A DNA stretch of 64,000 nt, from NCBI RefSeq assembly GCF_009914755.1, contig NC_060928.1; one strand, given 5' to 3'. The notes beneath the pieces were generated by a model, which was not told where the DNA came from, searched no databases, and saw only the letters and a list, made by a program, of their open reading frames with translations. A program made the translations under genes and the position numbers. The DNA is from the human T2T-CHM13v2.0 reference genome, Homo sapiens. This document shows, piece by piece, positions 37,350 to 50,956 of the stretch. The stretch's first letter is position 1. Every line of letters starts with the position of its first letter.

Positions 37350-40300
37350 GAATTCTAATTAATATGTGGTACTAGAATTACCAGAAATAATAAGGGAAAC
37401 AACTCTGAAAAGAAGGTAAGATGTGTTTTGGGTAAGAACAGCTATAAAGTATGAGGGGATGTTTTGTTTTGTTAAGGAAAAAATAAAATAATATTTGTCC
37501 TAAAGTAGAATGCCTGGTTGTTAAGACAATGAGAAAGAGAAAGAGTATAGAAGAAAAACTGAATGGATATAAGAAAGTTGTAGAAGGTTGTGGGATAGGA
37601 ATCCTGGAAAGGGAATTTTATATGTGATCAAACTAAGATTTGAAGAAAATTCTAAGTTTTTTTTTAAAAAAATTGAGCATGAATATCAAAAACATACTGA
37701 CACAGAACTAGAAATTTGTCCTCTATGTTAAAACAACAAGGTTTTCTTGGAGTATTGGTCTGCTCTTAATAAGAAATTGAAAGACTTTTCTTTACCTGCT
37801 AAGTAATTGGCCTAGGAAATGAAGATTCTGTGTTTTATTGAGATAATTTATTGTGCTTCATGTTGTCTTTATTAGATCTTTGACTGCCTCAGAGACCTGA
37901 GTTCACCTTATTAAAAGAGAAAGAGTTTCTACAATTATGTGGCTTTCTTTATTTGCCTTTGAAGTCTTTTACCAATCACTCTAGTTAAATGAATAAATAT
38001 TGTTTCATAGGGACCTGTGATCCTATTTTAATCAGATATTTTAAACCTTTTGATATTTTTGACTTCTCAAAATCAAATTCTAAATTAAAACCTTTTGACG
38101 TTGAACAAACTTTGGAAGCTTCTAGATGGGCTTCTGGAATATCTCAAAAGAAATTGTTTTCTCTCCTGATAAAAAAGAGAGATATTAAACTAATTAGGCT
38201 TATTTGATATGTTATATTGCATGGGAAGAATTGTTAAATTATAAGTGATGCTGAACTTTCTTTAAGTCATATTGTATGGGTATGTTATTAATATGTGCTT
38301 CAGAAATTATATGAAATTCTTAGAAACCAGATAGTCGTGGTATAATACTATCAGCCAAAATTCTAATTATCGTGAAATATTATGTGTTGCAGAAGTAATA
38401 CAATTTCCTTATCAATTGCATTATTGTGAACTCTCATCATATCTTTAACCAAGTCCATTTTAAGCTTTGTCATCTACAAAGAGTCACTTGTTTTACTCTG
38501 GTACTTTCCGGAACACTGTGAAAAACAATTATATAAAGGGTGTGGACCTATAAGACAAACAACCAAACAAAAATCGCAAAGTGTTCTTTTAAAAGATTCG
38601 TGGAAAGGACTCTGATAAGTACAGGTTTCTGATAACTTTAAGATCATACTACTGGACTGGGTAAGAATTTCCAGAACTCTAGCAAAGAAGTGGATTGGTT
38701 CATAAAACTGCCAACCCAACATGAAGCAGAATAAGAATTAATTGAATACCAGGGAAATGCTTTGGCAGATTTTCATGCTAAGTCAGCCAGTACTGAAATT
38801 GTTAAGATATGCAATTTGAAAGAACACTATAATATTCATCTGAATCAAATTATCTATGATAACCTATTTAAATGAACAGCATCATGCACCTGAATTGGAG
38901 AAACAAAACTGATATTTAAAATGATATAAATTTAGTGTTAAATGTGGCCTCATGGATCAGACAGCTATCTGGTCCTTTCTGAGTCCATATAGCTGCCATT
39001 ATTAAAAGTTCTGCACTCTATGACTCATCACAGAATAGATAACGTGAAATTATGAAAAAATATTGGTGTTATGACTGTTCTAAAATTGCTAAAATGGCTT
39101 ATAATCAATGTTTGGTTTGTCAAATCCACAATTTTTATAAGATAATAAAAACCTCAGTTGGTACATTTCCACCATCCACTGGACTATTTGAACATTTACA
39201 GATGGATTGCATTCAGTTGCCTCATTGGGAATCTGCAGGAAACTTAAGTAAATGCTGGATATGTCATGTTGAACCAAATACTAATATGCTTTTAAAGATC
39301 TTCTAATTCACCCTATAGCAGATTTCACTGATATTCCAAGTGTGACTACCTGTTCAAATTGCACATCTGGTCTTTCTATAGGGTTAGGCTTTTTGAGTCA
39401 CATATTCAGATTTCATGTTTAAAGCTAACAGTAGACAAAACATATAGGAGAGGCTTTACAGTTAAATTATTCCAGAAACTGAATAATAAAACCAAAAGGA
39501 GAGATAATTAGACAGTTTGTAGACGAATTCATAACCCTAATTCTCTAATTGTTGGTAGCCTCCATTGATGATAATTAATAGTGGAGCCTTAGATAAATAC
39601 TACTATTGCTTCCCCGTTGATGACCCCTGTAGCACACAGTGTCCCACAGGGAACTGTCTCTTGTGCCCCTCTAGCATATATTTTTATCTATGAAGGATTT
39701 AACTATCAATCATAGGCACAGGCAACTCCATGTCCCAGTCAGTAGGAAATAAGAAGTCAGTGTGGATTAGGGATTCTAACAGTACCACTGTCACTCCATA
39801 ACCAACTGAAAATTTGACATTGTTCTATACCTCTTAATTTGCACTATGGTATAAAAAGGAACTTTCTAGCAGGTACGAATCCCTCTAAATGGGCATCTTT
39901 TGTTCAAATGCTCCTTCCCTGGCTTGGAATAAATGTAAATGAGGTTATGATTAGAAATCCCCTTCAAACATTAGCTACTACAGCTCACTCTACTGCAAAG
40001 GCTATATAGTTGCCCAGTGAAGTTCTCTAAATTCTCTTGCTAAAGTTTCTTTAAATAACAGGATTGCCTTGAACTATCTGTTGGTTTGTAGTGGGGCAGG
40101 GGGTGTGATAGGGGACACTGTGTATAATAGCTAATACATCCTACTGCACTTGCATAAAGGAATCTGTTATAAAGAAAATGAAATAAAGGTATAAAAGTTG
40201 GCAAGAAGAAAACCATCATTATGTCTTGAGGATGATTGGGGATACAGAAAATGAGAAGAATCCACAAACTATTAGAATTACTAAGTTAATTTAGCAAGGT

Positions 40301-40362
40301 TGCTCAATGCATGGTCAGTATACAAAATTTAATTGAATTTCTACATATATGTATATGCCATA

Positions 40363-40779
40363 TTGTGTTAGATTGTTTTGCATTGCTATAAGGGAATACC
40401 TGAAGCTGGGTAATTTATAAAGAAAAGAGGCTTATTTGGCTCATGGTTCTGCAGGCTGTACAAGCATGGCACTAGCATCTGTTTGACCTTAGGAAGCCTT
40501 TACTCATGGTGGAAGAAGGGGGAGCAGGCATGTCATATAGTGAGAGAGGGAGTGAGAGGGAGGGAGCAAGAGTGAAGGGGGAGGTCCCAGACTCTTTTTA
40601 AATAACCTGAAATCCTGTGAACAGAGTGAAAACTAACTTATTACCATGAAGAGCACACCAAGCCATTCATGAGGGGTATACCTTCATGACCCAAACGCTT
40701 TCCACCAGGTCCTACCTTCAACACTGGGGATCACATTTCAACATGAGATTTGGAGAGGACAAACATCCAAATCATATCA
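40363..40779 (-). mobile_element. MSTA-like MaLR solo LTR
   Basis: TGTGTTAGATTGTTTTGCATTGCTATAAGG...GGGGATCACATTTCAACATGAGATTTGG..ATATCA. Confidence 0.82.
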
Positions 40780-41599
40780 CATATATAAATATGTAAAACT
40801 ATTTTAAATGTTTTTAAAGTATCGAATAGAAATAAATCTCACAAAATATGCTTAAGAACTTTAAGCAAAAACCATAAAATACTATTGTGATAAGTTAAAG
40901 AAGACCTAAATAAATGGAGAGATCTGTCATGCTCATGGATTGGAAGATTCAATACTGTAATGATATGAATAGTTCCCAAATTGTTCTATAGATTCAAAAC
41001 ATTGCCAGTTAAAATCTCAGTGGACTTTGTTTTTTTGAAACTGACAAGCTGATTCTGCCATTTATAATAATATTCAAAGGGGCAAGAATAACCAAGACAC
41101 ATTTGAAGAAGAACAAGGAGGAAGAAGAACGTATTTGAAGAAGAATAAGGAACTCTATTAAGTGTATATCTCCTATATATTGAGATACACATTTGAAATA
41201 CATCTATCACCTAGATATTGAGATATATTATACATTTAATATAGTGTGTTGCTGGTATAGGGATAGACAAATGAACATTGGATCAGAATAGCACTGAAAC
41301 AAGATCTACCCCTATATGGGCATGTCCCTATTAACAAAAAAATATTGTTGATTATTTCCGCAAGATGATCTGTAAAAAACAAGTTAATTGAACATCCATA
41401 TGGGAAAAAAGTGAATCCTTCTGCTACCTCAAATATCAACCCCAGGTAGATTATAGATCTAAAAGTGAAAGGCAAAGCAATAAAGATTTTAGAAAATAAC
41501 AAAGAGAATATCTTTATGAAAATACAGGAAATATTTTAAAAATAGGCTAGAAAACTCACTATTAAAATATATAAAATATAAGAACATCTGTTCATCAAA

Positions 41600-41995
41600 A
41601 GTACTATAGTTTGAATAGCAGTGTCTCCTCCAAAATTCATATTGAAACTTAATCCCCATTGTAACAGTACTAATCCTAAAACTAAGTATTAAGAGGTGTG
41701 ACCTGTGGGAAGTGACTAAGTCATGAGGGGTCTTTCCTCAGGTATGGGATTAGCATCCTTATAAAAGGCCTTGAGATGGAATGTAGTGCCCCCTTGCCCT
41801 CTTGCGTTCTCCCATGTGAGGACACAGCAACAAGGCACCATCTTGGAAGGAGAGAGAAGCCCTCACCAGACAACAGTGCACATGCCTTGATCTTAGACTT
41901 CCCAGCCTCCAGAGCTATAATAAATACATTTCTGTTCTTTATAAATTACTTGGTCTCTGGTATTTTGTTATAGAAGCACTAATGGACTAAGACAA
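41600..41995 (+). mobile_element. MLT1A/B-like MaLR LTR
   Basis: TATAGTTTGAAT..CCAAAATTCATATTGAAAC...CTTGATCTTAGACTTCCCAGCCTCCAGA..GGACTAAGACA. Confidence 0.75.
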
Positions 41996-43218
41996 AAAGA
42001 TTCCATTATGAAAGTGAAAAGGCAACCGCAGAGTGGCAGAAGCTTTTGGAGATGATGAATATGTTTACTTCCTGGATTGCGGTGATGATACCATGAGTGT
42101 ATACATATGTGTGTATACATAATGTATACAAATTGTGTTCATTGATTATGTACAGTTTCTTTGTATACCAATTATACCTTAATAAAGCTAAGGAAAAAAA
42201 AAAGAAAATCCAGAATAAATATGCATGGTATGACCCATTTATTTAAAAAAAAAAAGAGGGAATGCGAAGCAGTGGTTTTGGTGCGAACACAAAAATTCTG
42301 GCTTCAACAGCATTTAAATTCCCAAACCAAGCATGTTTATGTTTTAATTCTTTGTGGCCATAAATTGTACAGCTCAGGCCTTTATAGTCTCTCAGATTCT
42401 GTGAATGTGGGGAATTAGTTTTACTCATAAAAAGTTTTGTTCTTGGGGATAAATTTTTTAAAAAAATTTTTGTATAGTTAGCACACTGAGAAAATACAGA
42501 CAAAGGCATACAGATGCAAGAAATGAGGTAGCTGAATAGACCAAAGAATGATATAGGGCCCAGAAGGTAGGCAAAGAGAAAGTTGTTGGGTTTATGGTTA
42601 CAAGTAAACTAGCAGTTGTGGTGCAGATAGTTTTATTTCCCCCACATTAATCTGAACAGCCCATCCAGACTTAAACACTGCTTTTTGCATTTACTTCTAG
42701 GCAGGAAGACAGGGTTCTGATGGTGTGAGTCTCCTTCAACTCAGCAAACCACCTTGGTCTGCCTCGAGTTTCCAACACCCCTCCTGCCTGCTAGTGATAG
42801 GTGTGAGGCAGGTTGATGAACATGGAACTTTTTTCTTTTGGTCCCAAAGCATGCTACTCCTGGAGTTTCATTCAGTGAATGAGAACTATAGTTTGGTTCT
42901 GTGAGATCTCTATGAATCAAGGCGGCCACTGAAGCGGAGAAAAGAAATGCTTAAATGTTAAGAAAGTTTGAAGTGCAGAAAAAGGTGATTGTAAATCCAT
43001 ATGGTTAAGCTTAGCCCATTTCTTAAAAGGCTTGATTGCTCATTCCTCCATTCATTGATTTACTCACTCTTCCAATCCATGTTATTGAGTCTTGCTCTGT
43101 AATTCCGGATGGTTGTGCTTTTAAGTACTGCATAGTGGTTGTATGTCTGTGTTAGCATTGCTGAATGTATCAGGGAATTCATTTTTTTATCCCCATTCAT
43201 TCGTTCCATTCATCTGTT

Positions 43219-43263
43219 TCTCTCTCTCTCTCTCTTTGTGTGTGTGTGTGTGTGTGTGTGTGT
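43219..43263. repeat. TLR2 intron 2 (CT)n-(GT)13 microsatellite
   Basis: 13 GT units at 43238-43263, ~100 bp upstream of the ATG. Confidence 0.93.
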
Positions 43264-43363
43264 TATGCCTAGAAAACATTTCTCAAGAATTAGAATTACG
43301 ATATGCTGTCAAACACAATGACTTATTTGAACCTCTTTTATTTGTAGGTTGAAGCACTGGACA

Positions 43364-45718
43364 ATGCCACATACTTTGTGGATGGTGTGGGTCTTGGGGG
43401 TCATCATCAGCCTCTCCAAGGAAGAATCCTCCAATCAGGCTTCTCTGTCTTGTGACCGCAATGGTATCTGCAAGGGCAGCTCAGGATCTTTAAACTCCAT
43501 TCCCTCAGGGCTCACAGAAGCTGTAAAAAGCCTTGACCTGTCCAACAACAGGATCACCTACATTAGCAACAGTGACCTACAGAGGTGTGTGAACCTCCAG
43601 GCTCTGGTGCTGACATCCAATGGAATTAACACAATAGAGGAAGATTCTTTTTCTTCCCTGGGCAGTCTTGAACATTTAGACTTATCCTATAATTACTTAT
43701 CTAATTTATCGTCTTCCTGGTTCAAGCCCCTTTCTTCTTTAACATTCTTAAACTTACTGGGAAATCCTTACAAAACCCTAGGGGAAACATCTCTTTTTTC
43801 TCATCTCACAAAATTGCAAATCCTGAGAGTGGGAAATATGGACACCTTCACTAAGATTCAAAGAAAAGATTTTGCTGGACTTACCTTCCTTGAGGAACTT
43901 GAGATTGATGCTTCAGATCTACAGAGCTATGAGCCAAAAAGTTTGAAGTCAATTCAGAACGTAAGTCATCTGATCCTTCATATGAAGCAGCATATTTTAC
44001 TGCTGGAGATTTTTGTAGATGTTACAAGTTCCGTGGAATGTTTGGAACTGCGAGATACTGATTTGGACACTTTCCATTTTTCAGAACTATCCACTGGTGA
44101 AACAAATTCATTGATTAAAAAGTTTACATTTAGAAATGTGAAAATCACCGATGAAAGTTTGTTTCAGGTTATGAAACTTTTGAATCAGATTTCTGGATTG
44201 TTAGAATTAGAGTTTGATGACTGTACCCTTAATGGAGTTGGTAATTTTAGAGCATCTGATAATGACAGAGTTATAGATCCAGGTAAAGTGGAAACGTTAA
44301 CAATCCGGAGGCTGCATATTCCAAGGTTTTACTTATTTTATGATCTGAGCACTTTATATTCACTTACAGAAAGAGTTAAAAGAATCACAGTAGAAAACAG
44401 TAAAGTTTTTCTGGTTCCTTGTTTACTTTCACAACATTTAAAATCATTAGAATACTTGGATCTCAGTGAAAATTTGATGGTTGAAGAATACTTGAAAAAT
44501 TCAGCCTGTGAGGATGCCTGGCCCTCTCTACAAACTTTAATTTTAAGGCAAAATCATTTGGCATCATTGGAAAAAACCGGAGAGACTTTGCTCACTCTGA
44601 AAAACTTGACTAACATTGATATCAGTAAGAATAGTTTTCATTCTATGCCTGAAACTTGTCAGTGGCCAGAAAAGATGAAATATTTGAACTTATCCAGCAC
44701 ACGAATACACAGCGTAACAGGCTGCATTCCCAAGACACTGGAAATTTTAGATGTTAGCAACAACAATCTCAATTTATTTTCTTTGAATTTGCCGCAACTC
44801 AAAGAACTTTATATTTCCAGAAATAAGTTGATGACTCTACCAGATGCCTCCCTCTTACCCATGTTACTAGTATTGAAAATCAGTAGGAATGCAATAACTA
44901 CGTTTTCTAAGGAGCAACTTGACTCATTTCACACACTGAAGACTTTGGAAGCTGGTGGCAATAACTTCATTTGCTCCTGTGAATTCCTCTCCTTCACTCA
45001 GGAGCAGCAAGCACTGGCCAAAGTCTTGATTGATTGGCCAGCAAATTACCTGTGTGACTCTCCATCCCATGTGCGTGGCCAGCAGGTTCAGGATGTCCGC
45101 CTCTCGGTGTCGGAATGTCACAGGACAGCACTGGTGTCTGGCATGTGCTGTGCTCTGTTCCTGCTGATCCTGCTCACGGGGGTCCTGTGCCACCGTTTCC
45201 ATGGCCTGTGGTATATGAAAATGATGTGGGCCTGGCTCCAGGCCAAAAGGAAGCCCAGGAAAGCTCCCAGCAGGAACATCTGCTATGATGCATTTGTTTC
45301 TTACAGTGAGCGGGATGCCTACTGGGTGGAGAACCTTATGGTCCAGGAGCTGGAGAACTTCAATCCCCCCTTCAAGTTGTGTCTTCATAAGCGGGACTTC
45401 ATTCCTGGCAAGTGGATCATTGACAATATCATTGACTCCATTGAAAAGAGCCACAAAACTGTCTTTGTGCTTTCTGAAAACTTTGTGAAGAGTGAGTGGT
45501 GCAAGTATGAACTGGACTTCTCCCATTTCCGTCTTTTTGATGAGAACAATGATGCTGCCATTCTCATTCTTCTGGAGCCCATTGAGAAAAAAGCCATTCC
45601 CCAGCGCTTCTGCAAGCTGCGGAAGATAATGAACACCAAGACCTACCTGGAGTGGCCCATGGACGAGGCTCAGCGGGAAGGATTTTGGGTAAATCTGAGA
45701 GCTGCGATAAAGTCCTAG
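43364..45718 (+). CDS. TLR2: Toll-like receptor 2 (784 aa), single coding exon
   Basis: [34 protein letters not shown]...LRAAIKS*; signal peptide, LRR ectodomain, LRRCT, TM helix and TIR ([17 protein letters not shown]). Exon 3 acceptor TTTGTAG| at 43347; ATG at 43364. R677, R753 and P631 are the common residues. Confidence 0.99.
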
Positions 45719-45975
45719 GTTCCCATATTTAAGACCAGTCTTTGTCTAGTTGGGATCTTTATGTCACTAGTTATAGTTAAGTTCATTCAGACATAATTAT
45801 ATAAAAACTACGTGGATGTACCGTCATTTGAGGACTTGCTTACTAAAACTACAAAACTTCAAATTTTGTCTGGGGTGCTGTTTTATAAACATATGCCAGA
45901 TTTAAAAATTGGTTTTTGGTTTTTCTTTTTTCTATGAGATAACCATGATCATAAGTCTATTACTGATATCTGAAT

Positions 45976-46288
45976 ATAGTCCCTTGGTATCCAAGGGAAT
46001 TGGTTGCAGGATCCTCGTGGATATCAAAATTCATAGATGATCAAGTCCCTTATAAGAGTGGCATAGTATTTGCATATAACCTGTGTACATTCTCCTGTAT
46101 ACTTTAAATCATCTCTAGATTACTTATGATACCCAATACAATGTAAATACTATGTAAATAGTTGTACTGTCTTTTTATTTATATTATTATTGTTATTTTT
46201 TATTTTCAAAATTTTTAAAACATACTTTTGATCCACAGTTGGTTGACTTCATGGATGCAGAACCCATGGATATAGAGGGCCAACTGTA
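45976..46288. mobile_element. MER2-like (TcMar-Tigger) element in the TLR2 3'UTR
   Basis: Terminal inverted repeats TAGTCCCTTGGTATCCAAGGG ... CCCATGGATATAGAGGGCCAACTGTA. Confidence 0.78.
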
Positions 46289-46524
46289 ATCTGTAGCAAC
46301 TGGCTTAGTTCATTAGGAAACAGCACAAATGAACTTAAGATTCTCAATGACTGTGTCATTCTTTCTTCCTGCTAAGAGACTCCTCTGTGGCCACAAAAGG
46401 CATTCTCTGTCCTACCTAGCTGTCACTTCTCTGTGCAGCTGATCTCAAGAGCAACAAGGCAAAGTATTTGGGGCACTCCCCAAAACTTGTTGCTATTCCT
46501 AGAAAAAAGTGCTGTGTATTTCCT

Positions 46525-46530
46525 ATTAAA
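46525..46530 (+). terminator. TLR2: Candidate TLR2 polyadenylation signal ATTAAA (AATAAA also at ~46683)
   Basis: Hexamer ~800 nt after the stop codon, with GT-rich sequence downstream. Confidence 0.6.
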
Positions 46531-47737
46531 CTTTACAGGATGAGAAATACTAGAGGGTGTATTTTCATGTGATCTGGATCTGTCTTTCTGGCTATTAGAT
46601 AGGTTTCTCCAGCCATAGTTACTTGAGAGAGTGAGTACACAGTGCAAGGTACAGTAAATTATGTATTTCTGTAATTTAACAAAATAAATACTCAGTTTAG
46701 GAGAATTTGAAAGACACTTCCCACATCCGGACTCTGGTCTTCCTCAGCCTCTAACTACCTTTTGAGTTCTAGTTATTGTCCAATCACTCTGACTCTCAGT
46801 TCCTGTTTTTTAGCCTATATCTCCTGCATCTTGTTGCTTTTTCCTTCTTCGAAAAGTCTTGTTTTTAATTCTAAAAAAGCCTGCCCTTTTTCCCCTTCTG
46901 AATATTTTAAAAAGTACATGTGAGCTAAATAGATTTTTAAGCAAATATATACCTAGAGGTTCCTCATAATGACTCAAAAATAGTTTGATACACAGTAATT
47001 TAAAGGTAGATACTACTACCATATGTTAATTTTGCAATCTAGGTATAATAATACCACACATTAAATTTTGATGCAACTTTCTTTGGTAAGCACTATTTGC
47101 TGATTCTATGTAACTTTCTTAAGCTGGGAACCATGTGAAAGGAAGTGAGCCTTTGACCCCTGCTCAATTCTCAACCAGAACTGGGTGTATGTGGTTAATT
47201 GGGCACTAGAGTCAGAAAGACCTGGGTTAGTAGATGTGTAATCTTTGGCAAGTCAGTTGACATGACCCAAAAAGTTTTTCTGTCTTTAAAATAGGGATGA
47301 TGATCTCTATATCCTAAGATACTGAGAGTATGAAATGTAGGAATGTAAGTAAACCATGAGCCTAAGCTCCTTGATTCCCATTTTCTCTGGAGGGGTGTTG
47401 AGGGCAAGAGTACCACGCCTAAGAGAATGGGCACTATGGGTTCGTGTGTGGGGTGAGGGTGATGTCTGTAGTAGATGTTAGCTATTATTATTATTTTCCA
47501 AGAAGATATTTCATTCCCTTATATATTATGGCTTGTAAGTGGATATTTTTCTGTTATGGATACTAGCAGGGATATAAGGGATCCTGCTGTTTGCAGAAAA
47601 ATACCACAAAGAAATATATGCTCATTAACTGCAGAACAAGCTTGTCCTTGGGGAACTCGCATAGGGCTGCTGCTGTTTCACACGACCTCCCAGAAGAGTG
47701 TTATGGAGGAAACGGTAGCCAGCCTTAAAAAAAATCA

Positions 47738-48043
<306 letters not shown>

Positions 48044-48986
48044 TTAGAGGAAGGAAACTTGAGATTCCACAGACACCAAATACAGTAATGGACTTTCTGC
48101 TTTACTTCTCTGTTTCCATGTTAATTATGAGAACAAGGTAGATTTAACATTGACTCGATCTATGTTTAATTTCAAGAACTTAAAATAGCAACTGAAATAG
48201 CTTCATAGATAATTGATAGATTTAAAATAATATTTAAAAAATAATCTTTAGGACGGACGTGGTGGCTTATGCCTGTAATCCCAGCACTTTGGGAGGCTGA
48301 GGTGGGAGGATCACCTGAGGTGTTGTGGTGCCTATTCACATTAAAGGTGGATCTTCCTTTCCTAGTCCACTGACTCAAATGTTAATCTCCTCTGGCAACA
48401 CCCTCACATACACACCAGAAACTATACTTTACCAGCTATCCAGGCATCTTTCAATCCAATCAAGTTGACACCTAGTATTAGCCATAATACTCTCCAATCT
48501 TTTTTCAGTGTACATATACACACTACTTTACAAAATTGGGATTAGATTGTAAATACTTAAATTTTATAAAGAAAATGGCATCTTCATTTTTTTCTGAGGC
48601 TGTTTAGTGATTATCTGACATTCCTGAACTCTGAGGGTCATTGTGAATCCCATTCAGATAAATACTGGCTTATTTGCCGAGAGTTCTAAATGGTTCTGAA
48701 AGCTGCCATTGTGGCTATACATAAAAGATAAGTGGGAACTAAATTAGAGATCAGTTTAAGGGTTCTTTTTTTTGTTTAACAGGAGAAAAACTAATTTTTT
48801 GTTAGTGCTTTATCCAAATGTGAAGTCTTTTATTTGTCAATAGACTATAAGCTCAAGAATCTTGTTTTATCTCCCTACCCCTTGAACATGCCTACTATAT
48901 AGTAAGTATTGAATTATTGGGATGTTTTCAGAGTAGAGAAATAAGCAATTAAAAATTCTATAATCTGGATGCTGAATCAATCATAA

Positions 48987-49613
48987 TGAGAGAGGAGAAA
49001 ATGAAAAATCAGTTCGGTAGACAGCTAAGGCTAGTCTTCAGAGAAGCGGTCTGCCTGGAAAATCACAGCTACAGGCAAAAATAGAGCAGCCTGGGGAAAA
49101 CTCAGACTGTACCTGCACAGATAAGCAGGCAAGGTCCAGCACAGAAGCCTTTTGTTCTTTGTGTGATTAGCAGGCTCCCAGGAAAATGTTTTCTCCCCTT
49201 TTCAGATATGAACACGGGGGGATCCATGGGAGATTGCACTGGAAACAGAGGGGGTTTACCTAAAAGAAACCCACAATTACTCAAACAAGAAAAAACTATG
49301 CTTTGTGCTTACCTAGAGACATCTCACAGCTGTATAGGTAGGTGGAGTTGTGCAGACAGGTTTTCAAATAAGAGAAGTTACTCAAACAGCTACAGAGATG
49401 AGAGGAGTTTCTTATAAAAGCTTTTGCATTCAGCTGTAAAATGGCACCCCACTTGGGCTCTCCTCTCCACTGTGGAGAGCTTTCTTCTTTCACTTACTAA
49501 ACTTTTGCTCCAACCTCACCCTTTGCATTCATGCTCCTTAATTTTCTCAGTCATGACACAATAAGTTCAAATAACACCTTAGACAATGAGACAATGGACC
49601 CTGACCTATTTCA
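48987..49613 (+). mobile_element. ERV1 solo LTR (MER50-like)
   Basis: TGAGAGAGGAGAAA...CCTATTTCA termini, perfect 4-bp TSD ATAA, TATAAAAG at ~49413, ACTAAA variant poly(A) signal at ~49496. Confidence 0.8.
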
Positions 49614-50640
49614 ATAATACTGAAGCATTGGGCAGTTTGAAAGAGGAAAGTTCTCAACAGTAAGAAATTGTAGTGTGAGTTATCTTAATGATGGACCTTT
49701 GAATAGCATTAAGTATAGTGCCAATATCTGAACAAGGAAAATAATCATTGTATTTCCTTTCTACTTCATACAATTGTAATGGCTTCAAGTATTGCAGAGT
49801 AGATGTCTGGTGTTAAATGTATACAGTGTTGACTATTTTAAAAATGACCAGTAATTCAAAACAAATTAATTTTGAGAGTCCAACATATCATTCATGGGTT
49901 AATTCTTTCTGACTGGTCTTCTCTATTCAGTTAATTTTGTTCCCTTCTGCCAGATTAATTTACTCTTTCAGCAAATATTTTTTGAGTGCCTCTTATGTGC
50001 TAGGCAGTGCTCAAAGTGCAGGGGATATGGTAGGGAACAAAACATAAAATTCCTTGTCTTCATGGAGGAGAAGACAATAAATTTATGATAGGATTTCGGG
50101 TATTGAGAAGTACTATGAAGAAAATAAAAGCAGAGTGCCACAATGGAATGACTGTGCACGTGTATGTGTGCACGCGCACGCAGAGTGGAACAAAAGAAAA
50201 GTGATTCTTCTTGCTTTAGTACAGCTGTTGCATGGGTTTGAGCACTTTTGGCAGCTCCAGGAAACCCAAAGTACCTGTGGCCCATTGAGAAGGTGTGGCA
50301 CCTGCTGCCAGAGGCTTTGGGAGTAACCCACTTTCTACAGAAGAGCTCTGTGGTGCAGAAGCTGCCACATGGTAACAAGCACATGGAGCAGAAGACAAGC
50401 ACAATGTCCTTGACCATAGATTACTTAACGACTCCACCTACTTTAAAGATGTTGAACTGATGAGAAAGTATTAGCTATGGCTAAATGTTGTGTGTGAGAA
50501 GTACTTTGCAAACCTCTGAAACACTTTACAGATATTGTTATCAGTCAAACCGGAAGTAGAATGTCCACAGTGCAGTGTAACAAATGTGACATGTGCATGA
50601 GTTAAGAAACAGCTGTAATGGGAAAGATGAAAAAACATGC

Positions 50641-50646
50641 TTTATT
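50641..50646 (-). terminator. RNF175: RNF175 polyadenylation signal AATAAA
   Basis: TTTATT on the plus strand, ~180 nt beyond the stop codon. Confidence 0.7.
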
Positions 50647-50824
50647 TGTTTATTCCATTGTTCAGCTTCTCTTTAAATTCTTTCCACATGGACAAATTGC
50701 TTGACAACAAAGTTTACTTAGTTTTCTAAACACTTGGGATCATCTCTAAAATTAAAAAAATTAATATTAAATGTTGGACCAAGGATTTCAACCATGCAGT
50801 ATGTTGCTTCTGGGGTCTGCTGTC

Positions 50825-50956
<132 letters not shown>

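Larger units (their letters stand above)
28391..40155 (+). mobile_element. Degenerate ERV1 (MER4/MER57-group) internal region, interrupted by HERV-K9, L1 and an Alu monomer
   Basis: gag-like TPADFIYKNYGPRTCAFLEK..LELQW (~28740-28840); RNaseH/integrase remnants GNALADFHAKSA (~38753), THH and CLVCQIHN..FEHLQMD (~39020-39210); env CWIC (~39253), immunosuppressive-domain LNNRIALNYLL (40051-40083) and C-IIANTS-YC. No 3' LTR was found. Confidence 0.78.

Noticed and set aside
43349-43363. N-terminal extension 'MKHWT' in the ORF track
   Set aside because: It begins at a TTG just after the exon 3 acceptor; the true start is the ATG at 43364, giving the known 784-aa protein.
44924-45526. 200-aa antisense ORF, mirrored by a 220-aa ORF at 19851-20513
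   Set aside because: Shadow of the TLR2 reading frame; its apparent conservation is explained by gene conversion between the two copies.
45254-45622. TLR2 functional variants P631H, R677W and R753Q
   Set aside because: Codons read CCC (45254), CGG (45392) and CGG (45620), all the common alleles.
50150-50182. Alternating purine-pyrimidine tract (possible Z-DNA) between TLR2 and RNF175
   Set aside because: Short degenerate TG/CG microsatellite with no supporting context.
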